From: Raillietiella orientalis
Lineage: Eukaryota
Reading direction: 5' to 3'
DNA length: 64,000 nt
NCBI GenBank assembly: GCA_036172245.1
Contig: JAYWIR010000005.1
Location: 558,001-622,000 of the forward strand
The notes below the pieces were generated by a model. It was not told where the DNA came from. It searched no databases and saw only the letters and a list, made by a program, of their open reading frames with translations. Position 1 is the first letter of the stretch. Each line of letters starts with the position of its first letter. This document shows, piece after piece, positions 1 to 11,314 of this stretch. The position numbers and the translations under genes were made by a program.

Positions 1-223
1 CGAATTCATAGCGTACGTGGTTGAGCATGCGAAAGTTAAAGGTTTCTTACAAAGTGCGTAAGCGATAAGCTGTCATGAAATTCGTGAAAGTGCTCGCAGT
101 TTGACAGCGGGAAACTGGGTAGTGTGTATTTTATTAATGATTATGGTGCTGAGATAATTGAATAGCAACTTTTCAAATTAGGTAGATACATGTTGCAAAT
201 TACACTACTAAGTTGACTGGTTT

Positions 224-1992
224 ATGGATAAAAAAACCAAGCGAAGAATTAAAAAGGTCAAAAAAAAGGCAAGACCAGGTAGGAGATTTTTAAAATATTC
301 ATTTCGTCTCCAGGATGCTTACAATCTCTTGCAGAGCTTAACGTACACTATGGTTGGCAGAAAGAAAATCACTTTCACACTTTTGACCTATCGTTGGATA
401 CAGTAAAAGATAATCTGGAAAGAATCGATGGCAGGAAAGTCTCGAAAGCCGAATTTCAGGAGAAATTTGAGAAGAATTACAAGCCTGTTGTCATACTCAA
501 TCTAATGGATAGATGGAGAGCCCAAGAAAAGTGGACCATAAAAGTAATTTATTTTTATTTGTGTGTGCATATTTCCAATCGACTTCACAAGTTCGTTAGG
601 TAGGGTTTCTAACTTGGGTAGTAGATTTTGCCACTAGTTGAATTAGATGAAGCATTAGTTTTAGTGTTCTGTCAAATTTGTGAGTAAATGAATGTTTTGT
701 TTGAAAATTTAGAAATTAGGAAAGAAATATCGCAATCAGAAATTTAAATGTGGAGAAGATAATGAGGGCTACAGTGTGAAAATGAAAATGCGATATTTTC
801 TTCAGTATGCATTAAACAACAAAGATGATAGTCCTTTGTATATATTTGATGGGAGTTTTGGAGAGGTAAGTGGTAATTATTTTTGGAATGGCGGAGCTCA
901 GTTTCTTGTAGCATCCTAAGAGAAAACAACTTCTTAGAGACTATGAAGTTCCTGACTACTTCAAAGAAGATCTTTTCCATTACGCTGGTGAACATCGTCG
1001 TCCACCATATCGGTGGTTTGTGTTGGGTGGTCCCAGGAGTGGTACTGGTATCCATATTGATCCTTTGGGTACTAGTGCCTGGAATGCTTTGCTGGTGGGT
1101 CATAAAAGGTGCGCTTCAGATTGCAATCCAGATGCAAGGGTGCACAGTTTATTTGTATTAAGGTCTCTGCTTACTGCATTCATCCAACAGGATTAATCAG
1201 GATGTACGGGGAATTGAGAACTAGTTAAGTTGGGAAAGGGTTTTTTGTTCCAAAGATGCTCAAGTGATGATCAGCGCAAATAATTGATGAATGACTTTCA
1301 GGTGGTGCCTGTTTCCAACAGATACTCCCAAGGAATTGATAAAAGTTACTCCTCAGGAGGGGGGTAAACAGCAAGATGAAGCCATAACATGGTTTCACTG
1401 TGTGTATCCTCGAACCCAGCTCCCTTCATGGCCTAAGCAATTTCGTCCTGTGAGTGGACCCTCATTTGACTGTAATTACATCAAGTTTGCAGCTAGAGAT
1501 TCTCCAAAGAGCAGGTGACACTGTCTTTGTTCCTGCAGGGTGGTGGCATGTGGTCCTTAACCTGGATGTCACAATTGCAGTCACACAGAACTTTTGTTCT
1601 CACGTCAATTTCCCTGTAGTGTGGCATAAAACAGTAAGGAGTCGTCCAAAACTATCACGCAAGTGGTATCAGGTGCTTAAGGTGAGGCAGCTGTATTAGG
1701 AGGAAATGTTTTATTCGTGAACAGGAATGCCGACCAGATTTAGTTCTTGTTGCTAATCAGGTTGACATAAGCAAGAACATTGGAATGGCCACAGATAGTT
1801 CTGATTCTAGTTCGAGCAGTTCAGATTCAGATGTTGAGGAATCCCATGTTGAACCCAAAAAGAAAAGGTAACATGGAGATCATTTGGCAACAAAACTTTA
1901 TTTCCTTTTTTTTTTTTTTTTTTTTTCCTTTCGTTTTTAGGAGAAAACTGACCCATTCACCTCCAGCTCGCAAAAAATATGGTAAATCGTAA
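224..1992 (+). CDS. JMJD6: Bifunctional arginine demethylase/lysyl hydroxylase JMJD6 (phosphatidylserine receptor), 8 exons
   Basis: Exons 224-278, 335-543, 713-865, 912-1108, 1302-1449, 1493-1681, 1725-1867, 1941-1992, all GT-AG and in frame. Translation contains [61 protein letters not shown] and a C-terminal poly-Ser tract, all diagnostic of JMJD6. Confidence 0.97.
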
Positions 1993-2171
1993 ACCGTGGA
2001 GCATCATCAGTCTTTGGCAATTTCCATTCTATATGACATCAGTTAAAAGCATTAATGACCTTCAGGAGCACCGATTACTGTGGTTGTTTGAAGGCAAAAT
2101 AGTATTTTGGGAAACCTTTATAGAATTGTATTGACCAGCACACATTGAAGATTACATGTATTCATGTTTTC

Positions 2172-2177
2172 AATAAA
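2172..2177 (+). promoter_or_regulatory. Probable polyadenylation signal of JMJD6
   Basis: AATAAA 180 nt after the stop codon, followed by a GT/T-rich downstream tract (2230-2265). Confidence 0.6.
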
Positions 2178-2334
2178 AATTCTCAAGTTCCTCAGGAGGA
2201 ATTAGCGGGATTGTGATTCATTTTCGTCCAGTGGTTTTTATGTGTGTTTGTGTGTGTGTGTTTGCAATGTGTTATGTCGATGAAACATCCGAAAATCAGA
2301 CGCAGCCAACTTCGAACTTGTGACGATCGAAGAG

Positions 2335-4400
2335 CTAAGCAGCGGTCCTAAATCTGTGCGCGGTACATGTGAATTTTAGTCGTCTCGTTGCCTGTAGGTC
2401 TGATGCCGTCCCCACCACAAGGAAAATGGCGTTGAGAGCTTCCCGTTCAGCCTGGGCACCGCGTGCTCGCTCGCACCAAACGCAGGTTAAGTGCAGTGAC
2501 GCCCCAGCCTGCTGGTTTCCCACCACTTGAGCACTCGACGTCCCAGGTTTCGATCCAGGGGCCGAACTGATTGCCTCCCGAAGTTTCTGTACCTTCGGCG
2601 GGCGGGCAGCCACCCAGTACTCCCGCCCGTTACTACGCGCGGAACAAAGTGATAGTTTGTAGCATATAGTAGCGAGTGCTGTCGGTCCGCTTCCGGCGTA
2701 CAACGGGAGACCGGTCGCCGCGACTTCGGAAACCGACCTCCCCGGGGGGCATGTGGAGTTTTCGGAACGCTTCCCCCAAAGTGCGCGTTTCGTGTTTCCG
2801 CGCTGCCCCACAGTGTTCGGCTGCGGGATTCATTGTGGACGGGGCCACCGTCAGGTTTCGTGTCTTGCGACGTCCTTCCCCCGCGAGTTGTCTTGCAAAC
2901 TTCGACCGGATTGCACGCAGACACGAGTGGGTGTAGAAACCACCGTACCTGCGTGCGTGCCTCGAGGCTCTGTTGTCAGCGCGCCACGAGCAAGGAAACG
3001 GAAAGCGTGTCTGCCCTTCCCAAAGAAACGGAATAGACGGACTTCATCGTCATTTGACCTTTAGATTGTTCGCCTTCGGTGGCAGTCCGAATATCTCGTT
3101 CTGATGGAGCACTCTTTGAAATGTGACTTGGCTCACGGGAAAAGAACCAGCTTAGCTCAAACATGTTATTATCTTTGGAAGCCATTTCTCTATCCTGTTT
3201 TAATCGGGAATGCCCGGTTAGGTTTCAGTTCTTTCGCCTTCCTACCTTCAGTTAGGTTTTGCCGCAAAGATGGTCCGGAAGCAAGTGGAGACGATTTCTG
3301 CTTTTCTGAAGAATCCGTGGCATGGAGCGATGGCAGGACTGCAAGTTCTCCAAGAGGTTGTCTTACCGTTTACTTTCCATCACTTTTTGGGGAATGGACG
3401 CATGAAAACCACGAACGTTATTTCAGTGAAATAGAAGCACTTTTATTCATTTTTTCTTTTTTCCAAAATGTCCTGTGTGCTTGTAGTCATACTTATACAA
3501 CATTCTCAAAATCTAAACCCAACATCTGCTAGCGCTTCCTCTAGCAAACAGAGAAAGGGGTTGCAATTAGTGATACCTTAAAGGGCCTCTTCTATGGAAT
3601 GATTTGTGAGTCACTGGTTGAGCCAAGTTGGTGACCAGTCACTGCTATTCGGAGGCCGGGTTTGTATCCAGAAAGAAGTGTGCATCTTGCAGTTGAATCG
3701 AACTGTCACAAGCGCAATGGCATTGAAAGGTCACCGAAGCAAATTCGCCCGCGTCAGAAGCCGTGTGGTTGCGGTGGTCTCCGGGCGTGGCACCATGCGT
3801 CGTAAGTTCAAACGCTCCCAAGCAATCGACGCAGTGAGTCGTGGGTCCCGAGTTCACCCCACAAGATGACGCTGGTTGGCCTATATTCATCCAGGTGCGG
3901 CACTGGTAGCGGCTAAAACCGGATGCCCCCGATGAGGGTTGGGACAAATAGGAGTCGACCTCCGGGTCCTTCCAAGAATCACAGAGTGGGGAGTTCCCCC
4001 CGGTTGCAAAGAAGTGGACCCCCCATTCTGGGGGGACCCTCCGCGTCGTACTGATGGAGTAGGTGGGTTGCCACCACCTCTCCAGAGAGTGCAGAGAAGC
4101 GAGTCGATCCCTTCAGAGAAGCTGCGTCCTTCTGAATTTCGGAAGCGTCCCTTCCGGGTTCTCTTCAGAGGAGTAAAAACAGGAGCGGATCCCTCCAAGA
4201 ATCTCTTCGGAGAGAATAAGGAAAGAGATTCTCTGCTTGATTCCCATTCGGAGACAACCAGGGTGGAGTTGATCTCCATTTCCGGGAATCCTTCCCTAGG
4301 CGTGAGAGGAACGGACTCCGAGTCCTTCCTGGATTCATAGGGTGGACCCCTCCAGGGGTACCCCTTATCTTGAAGAATTACCCACCTTCGGACGGCGTGT
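2335..4400. mobile_element. GC-richer decayed repeat-like sequence, possibly ORF1-region remnants of a non-LTR retrotransposon
   Basis: Abrupt GC increase relative to the flanks and broken ORFs with only faint ORF1-like segments (e.g. AGFIVDGATVRFRVL). It lies upstream of a recognisable LINE copy. No diagnostic motif is intact. Confidence 0.25.
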
Positions 4401-5559
4401 AACCGTGTCGAAGAACTGCGAAGACAGAAAAGAAGCCACTTTTAGGACTGGCACAATCGTAGTGCACCACTACACAGGATCCACGTGCCATTTTACTAGA
4501 TGTTCAAGAAATGAAAAAATCGTAAGCAGAATGAAATATAGAGAGTTTTGAATGAACAGTATCTCTTGGGAAGGAAACTCACGTTCATCAACATTAAAAT
4601 GCAAACTCGAAAGCTTCTTCTCTTTGTTTCTCCCATCTCTCTGCTTTTCGAAGCGACGTCATGCAAATTGAACCCATCCCTAAATTTGACTGACTTTGCA
4701 GAGAAGCTCTGTATTTCCACTTTGTGTAAACGAATTGTTTTTGTCTAAACAAAGTGGAAACAATTTGATTCTTCACTAGAGCTTTGTCTCGGGAAACAGG
4801 ATATTTTCTTGTTAATACAAACCTAGTAGGAATTGCGATGCCTTATCCTGAAACATTTTCAGAAGATACGGAATTCACAGGTCACTTGTAACAGCATGAG
4901 TGGGTACCCAGAAGTCTGCTGCTACCCAGTTCTCTACCTCTACCAGGTGTTTGACCGCTCTAATTCCATAATGACAACACTATGATTGCCAGTCTTTTCA
5001 ACATGAAGAAGCTCCAAGTTTCCTGTTTGTTTGTTTGTTTCAAAAAAAAATTGTTGGAAAATCATAATGTTCCTTTTATTCTAACCCTTCTCATTATCAA
5101 ATCATAATTCATTAAATTATAATCATTTTCATTAAGATGCAAGGTTCCTTTTATGCAAATCGTTCCCCTCCGTTTAAATCCAAATCTTTCAAACACCTGT
5201 CATTAGATCTAACTACCGGATCACTCGCATTAAGATAAACGCCTGATCATCAGGTGCTTATCTTAATACATCGTTGCTAATGCATCCTTGGAGCTCTGTT
5301 CCGCTGAACGTATTCGGGCTAAAGACAGACACATTATGCCTCCAGTTCTGAGCTTCCCATCGAAAACTCGAAGCGGAAAGAGGCAATACAACTTCTTAAT
5401 GACCCCTTTCGAAGAGCACCTACGTTAAATGAAATTCCACTACCCAGTCGAGATCCAGAGCGACACAAGCTGCCCTAAGGTAACCCTAAGGTATCGTTCG
5501 TTCTTTGGCATTCCCTACGAAAGAAAAAGAAAAAAACTGCAGCATTCCTACACTTGAAA

Positions 5560-7283
5560 TCAGCATCTGTTTTTCGAAAAGTCTTCGACTTCTCTAACAG
5601 AAACATCTTAGGGCTCGGTTTAGCTCTTTGACTGTTGCAGCCTCTCTTGCCCTTAGATTTTTCTCGATTCCTCACTTGCTATACCAAATCGCGGTGTTAT
5701 CGGAGGAGCACAGCTGGATTTCCTTCAGGTCCCTCCCTAAATGGTCACACTTGGAGACAAGAGACGGCGGACACTTGCATCCGCAAAAATCCCACGTCTC
5801 TGGAGGTGTGCATTCCCCCCTAGGGTTCCACCTGCATATCCCTACCGATGCCCCGTGCCATCTCTTGGGAGAGGAAGAATGCAAAGTCCCTGAGAGACGT
5901 GAGATGACTTTTCGGTCCTCCGGATCCCTGCAAAACACAACAAACAGTCGAAGGTGATGAGGATGGCTGAAGAAGTCCCTTCCAGAGAAACCGCTTAAGG
6001 GTCTCAGAGACGGAGAGGCCATCTTGGAGTCATCAAAAAAAGTCTTACAAATCTCAGCCTTCTCACCGGAGACCTCCATCGTTTCTCCGAGTTGCCAGCA
6101 CATCGGCGTTTCTATGGTACAGCGGAACCCCATCCATAATCGGCAGCCGCATCGTAACGAGGGAGGTTCCCAAGGAACGCGTACATTCCTTGGGAAAGTG
6201 CACTTTAGAGACGGAGAGGCATACCAGTATCTTCAAGGCTGTGGAAGGGATGATAAAGCATCGTAGTGGTATCGAAACGCTCCGACGGCACGTCTTAAGA
6301 CTTGTTGCTCAGCATGTTTACCGTACCGACGTGATATATGTGGCAAACATGCAGGAAAAGTGCGCCTGCCGTAGCAGGGATGCTTCCGTGATCGCCATTG
6401 CTCTCATACGCAGTGTGCTGAAGCAAGTTCAGCTGGTGGAAGACACAAAAAGACCCTCGGATCAAGCGTAGAAAATTCGGGACAAATCACTGGTGAAAGC
6501 ACCCTATTCCTTCCTCTCTCGCTCTCTGCCGGTGATCTATAAAGCCACTAGCACCTACAGAACAGATCGTCGGATTTACCTCACCTTCCATGGTGTTGCT
6601 CGTGTTGCATTGGGGAATCCCATGCAAAGCACGTCTCCATCATTGGAACACTTGGGAGTGTGGATGCCACTTACGAAAGTTGCGGAGAAAAAGTCTCCTT
6701 CTCTCCACCTATTAATAGACTGTGTCGGCCTCCGAGTGCTTTGGTATCGACTCTCGTTGATCCTTAAAATCACGGTAGGCGATTCTCAGAACATTTTCAG
6801 GCGCCTCTTCATGCGTGACGCCCTGCTGCCAGCCGCATCTCTAGCAGTGCTTTGCTGTGTACGTGGAATCGTGGCAAACTGCAACGCCAGAAGAGGCCAC
6901 AGTAGCAGGGATGCCATCCATCGGATGGGAATCTTCTTGAAGACAGCTTCCCGATGGCCCCAACTGCAAACAAAGAATGCAGAACTTGTCAGCATTCTGA
7001 ACAGGATGCAGAGGACGTCTCCAGGCGACCAGTGTTACCTTCCCCGCCCTCCTCTCCCCGAAAAACTTCCCCCACCCTCTTTTTTTGTCTTTTATTTTGT
7101 TTTTGTTTGGTTTTCCTCCCCCTTTCGCCTTTGGAGCGGTCCTCACCGGTCTGCGTACCAGTTTTTGGCAAACCCTTCGCGCTCTGGTAGAACCAGCGAG
7201 TTGTTCTGCCACGATTTTGCAAACATCACGACTTTTGTTATAATTTTTTATAATAAGTGGCCCGGCAAATCCGGGTGATAAAA
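5560..7283 (+). mobile_element. Old degraded copy of the L1/Tx1-like LINE (RT to 3' end)
   Basis: FRKVFD remnant of the RT KAFD motif near 5575. ORF 6493-7278 carries HLLIDCVGLRVLW..RDALLPAASLAVLCCVRGIVA..ELVSILNRM, homologous to 42473-43954 and 45461-45934. The 3' UTR motif CCGGTCTGCGTACC and the terminal hairpin (7261-7276) are present. Confidence 0.85.
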
Positions 7284-8479
7284 CCTCGCCTTCCAAGTAC
7301 TGTACGTCCACTATAGGGAGCCAATGATTTCCATTCGTATCATACTTTCTGGAACGTTCCATTTTACATATTCTGAACTGTGCAGCACGTCCATAATGGA
7401 AATGTTTTTTCCCACTGAAATAATAGAAACCTCTACACGTGATTCATTATTCCAGCTTCCACGCATCTTCCAAGAGGAGCCGACTGTTGGAGAGACGTCC
7501 ACATTTCTCAAGATGGCGCGGATTCTCTGCAGTCCTGCTTGAAGTTTGCACCTCAGTAGAAAGAGAGCGAAGCAGTTTAGTCGTTGCTACTTGTTCTTAT
7601 CAGGCATTGATTCGGTACACAGTGCACTTTAACTACCATAATGGATCTTGTGCGTCTCTCAATCACAAGCTACAATTGTACAGCCTCTTTCGTTTACCGC
7701 ATTCCACGAGACGGTTTCAGAGGGCACTGCCCATGCAAACGGAAATTACGAAACATCCGCCAGCATTTATAATTATTTAAATCTGGACTTTTTGTCAATA
7801 TAAAAAAAATAGGAATACAAACAAACACGTTATTTCTTAAATAAAACTTTCACCGACAGAAATGGTGAGATCCGTGGTGGATAAATTAAATGAGGTCTTT
7901 TCCTTATTAAGGTGTCTGTTCAGTTTCAGTAAGTGAACTTGGAAAGATAGAAACCAAGCAAAATACAAAGCAATATGAGGTGAGCGAGAAATACGTTCCA
8001 TTGAGACTACGTTTCGAGAATTCATTTGCCTATTCGTGACACGATTACTTTCAAAAAGTAATCATATCTGTTTTACAACGAATCAAAAATCGTAAATTCT
8101 TCAACTGACTTTGACCTCGAATTTCCCGATGATCTCCTTTATAGAGGGTCTTTGAAATGCCTTTCCCACAATCTTCCATAAGAGTAGCTTTTTTAAAAAT
8201 AAATAAATAAATAAATTCGGAAAGCGTATGTACATTACTTTTATGAAATTCAAAGCGTAAGACACTCCTTTGTCAGGGTTGCTTTGTCACAAAATACTCA
8301 TAAGAATCACGAATTGATGGTGCGATAAATTAATGGGCGATACTATCATAAATTAATGGTGTGAAGGAAAGATTTTACACTAAATAAGAGCTGAAATAAA
8401 TGATCTGTGCAATGATGGTATCTAGCAATGACGAGAAAATCAGCATTTGCATTAAACAGTCAATTAAGTTGTGGATAAA

Positions 8480-8820
8480 ATAACCAAATGGACGAATCTC
8501 AGCAGCGGTTGTTGTTTCAGTTGAGAAATATTCCGTCAGCATTTGGATTTCTTATTCATGGATATTGCAGTAGATGAACATTTGGGTGTTCTAACAGGAA
8601 GGTGTGCTGCAAGTCTGTTATGAAACCATCGTGAATTCTTGAGGTTTTCTCAGGAATAGGACCTGGTGGATTGATATAATATAAATGGCTCACAATTTTC
8701 CGTTGATATAACGAACTTGTGAGTTACAAAGTGTTTATACCGATAGTGCTGACTGATTTTGCAAGATTATGTTCTTAGTAATACTTTGACTCGACAAGAA
8801 CAATATCCTTCGATTCTGTT
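8480..8820 (+). mobile_element. Degraded piggyBac-like transposase remnant
   Basis: MDIAVDEHLGVLTGRC from 8558 resembles the piggyBac first catalytic motif (xVDEQLxxFxGRC). Stops and frameshifts follow, and no TIRs were identified. Confidence 0.4.
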
Positions 8821-9387
8821 TTTGCAACAACAACAACAACAGAAGAAAAAAAAACTTTCAAATATGCCTTAAAAGCAACAGATGCTAAATTCATGTTGAA
8901 TTATTATAGGTATGAACAAGTTTGCAAATTTGAAATTAAATTGAATCCGCCAGCTCTGAGGAAGCGTAGAATGCATTTCCTGATGTGAGTTTCGATACTG
9001 ATATCAGTTTCGATCAAGTGGCTTGATGTGAAACTGAAATTTTATTAAGTTTGAAGCAACAGGAATACACAATCAGCAAAAAACACATGAAGCGGAATCA
9101 GAGGGGAGGGGGGGGGGGAACGTAAAGTACACACAAAAAGTAACTTGAAAAACTTTTTCGAAGGCACCTGGGTATTTCCAGGTAACTTAAAAGATATCAA
9201 ATCGTTTTTCTATTTGAATTAGCTCAGTAAATTTCATTTGTCTGCAATGCAGCAAGTGTCAGTTCCTTAAGAAAGTGCAAGTAACGACCTGTCAGGCGAA
9301 GGTGCCGACGGCTATAGTAGTCTTACAGGGGTTATCGAGATGCAGTTTCATCGTGCACGTGGAAGGTGACGATACTAATGTACCATA

Positions 9388-10782
9388 ATGGATAACGTTA
9401 CTGAAGCAAAGTTTGCAAACATCAAAAAGAATCTTCCCCAATTGTTGGATCTGATCGATGAAAAACGTCTTGCAAGCAGTTTGGTGGCCTGCAATGTTTA
9501 TTCACAAACTTTCGTGAATGATATAATGGTGTGTATTTGGTGATTTCTTTTTATTGCTGTTTTTGTCGCAAGGAGGGAAAACAAAACTCCATAGACCGTA
9601 AAACGGAGCTCCTAATGAAAGTTCGTACAAGAGGTCCACATGCATATCGTAAATTTGTCGATGCTCTGATGCAAAGCGGCCTGCTTTCTGCAGTTGAATT
9701 GCTGGAGCCCGAAATAAACAGGAAAAACAGGTGAGAGTGTTTCAACTACGATCAAAGTACTATGATTTACCAAGAGAGTTCACAGGCAATGATGATAGCA
9801 CACCATTCATTGTAAAGCTGGCAACAAAACGAATGGAAGGAAAAAAGGCAGGCAAATTCATAAGCAGAGTGTATCAGTGTTGGCTGTTTTACAGATATAT
9901 CCGATGAATAGTTTCCCCCGTGGCTATGCTTTGCTTATAAACATAGAGGACTTTCATCCAGATGCTGAGCTATCTAAAAGAGATGGTTCTTTGTTGGATC
10001 TTCATAACCTTTGCAGAGTGCTTCAAGGTCTAGGATACATAGTAGAAAAGCATGTCAATCTAGAGCATCATGAAATGTGCAATGTGATCAAAACTTTTGC
10101 TCAACGCTCAGAACACACACAAGTAGATTCATGTGTGGTGTTCATCGCAAGCCATGGAAACTGTGGTACTTGTTATAGGGAATACTTGTTCACAAAAGAG
10201 GGCCGTATGCTGCCAATACTCTGGGTTTGGAGCCAGTTTGATAACCTCAGCTGTCCTGCATTGCAAGGCAAGCCTAAAATATTCATTTTCCAATCCTGCC
10301 GGTGAGTAAATTCTGCCATATTATTCATATGTCCCCTTAGTGGTACTAATGTTGATCAGGGTGCCCAGATATGGAAATCTGATCTAAATGCAGAGTGTTG
10401 TTTGATCAAAAAAAACATCAACCCAACAGAAATGCAGCAGATTCAGGCTGATAACTTGAGTCACAAGGTTACTACAGATAGCAAGCCATTTCAGTTAGCT
10501 TCTTGGCATAAGAAGAACCTTCCTACTTTCACTGATATGCTTATCATCTATCCAACAGTCTTAGGATATGCTAGTTTGCGAGAACCCTTACATGGCACCT
10601 GGCTAGTTACCACATTATGTGATGTACTTAGCAAAAAATCCTGTGAGAACAGTCTCCAGCAGATGATACAAGAAGTCAGTCAGCGTGTGAGGAAGCTAAG
10701 TGGTGATCAAGGACAACGTCAAGCCATCACTTGGGAGTCGATTGCTTTTGACAAAGAACTGTATTTTAATCCTGGTTTGTGA
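9388..10782 (+). CDS. Initiator caspase with N-terminal CARD (Dronc/caspase-9/caspase-2-like), 5 exons
   Basis: Exons 9388-9528, 9573-9730, 9775-9847, 9895-10301, 10341-10782. CARD-like KVRTRGPHAYRKFVDAL; p20 with YPMNSFPRGYALLIN, ASHG and GKPKIFIFQSCRG (split by a 39-bp intron); p10 with PTFTDMLI..GYASLR..GTWLV..KELYFNPG. Confidence 0.93.
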
Positions 10783-10783
10783 C

Positions 10784-11314
10784 TCAGTGACTGATGCTGT
10801 ATGACCGTTTCCAATACACATCCTTGGTTTTCTTGTTCAAAAACTGATGTAGACGCCTAATCCGTTCATTCATCTCACGCCATTTACTCGGACGTGTAAC
10901 CATCATGTGATCTCCCAGCATCTTTCGTTTCCGCAACAGCATTTGAAACTCATTTCCACGAAAGCCTTTAAGCCAGAATGGGACACCATAACTGATCTGA
11001 GTTGGGTGAATACGGCCATCTCCTAAGATATCTGGGCATCCCCAATATTACAATACAATTACCTATGCATAGTTACCGATGTAATCATTTTGGCCCTTGA
11101 GTGCCCTTTTTCTGGACCACACATCCTTTGGCCTATAAATGGGCAACTGCTTAATGCGGCCAAACTCTTCGCTACGGGGAAGCAATCCCCTTATTGCTAC
11201 TTTATCTTCATAACCGAAATGGCGAACATACGGTTCCTTCTCACTGAAATACCTGTGTCGCACACATGTACGGACTACTGGTTGAGGTGACAGCAACTGG
11301 ATTATGCGTATCAT
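10784..11314 (-). CDS. MRPL51: Mitochondrial large ribosomal subunit protein mL51
   Basis: Exons 11314-11077 and 11031-10784 (45-bp GT-AG intron). Translation contains [50 protein letters not shown], the mL51 signature. The ATG sits directly after an acceptor-like TTCAG, so a 5' UTR exon is likely (donor near 11491). Confidence 0.93.
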
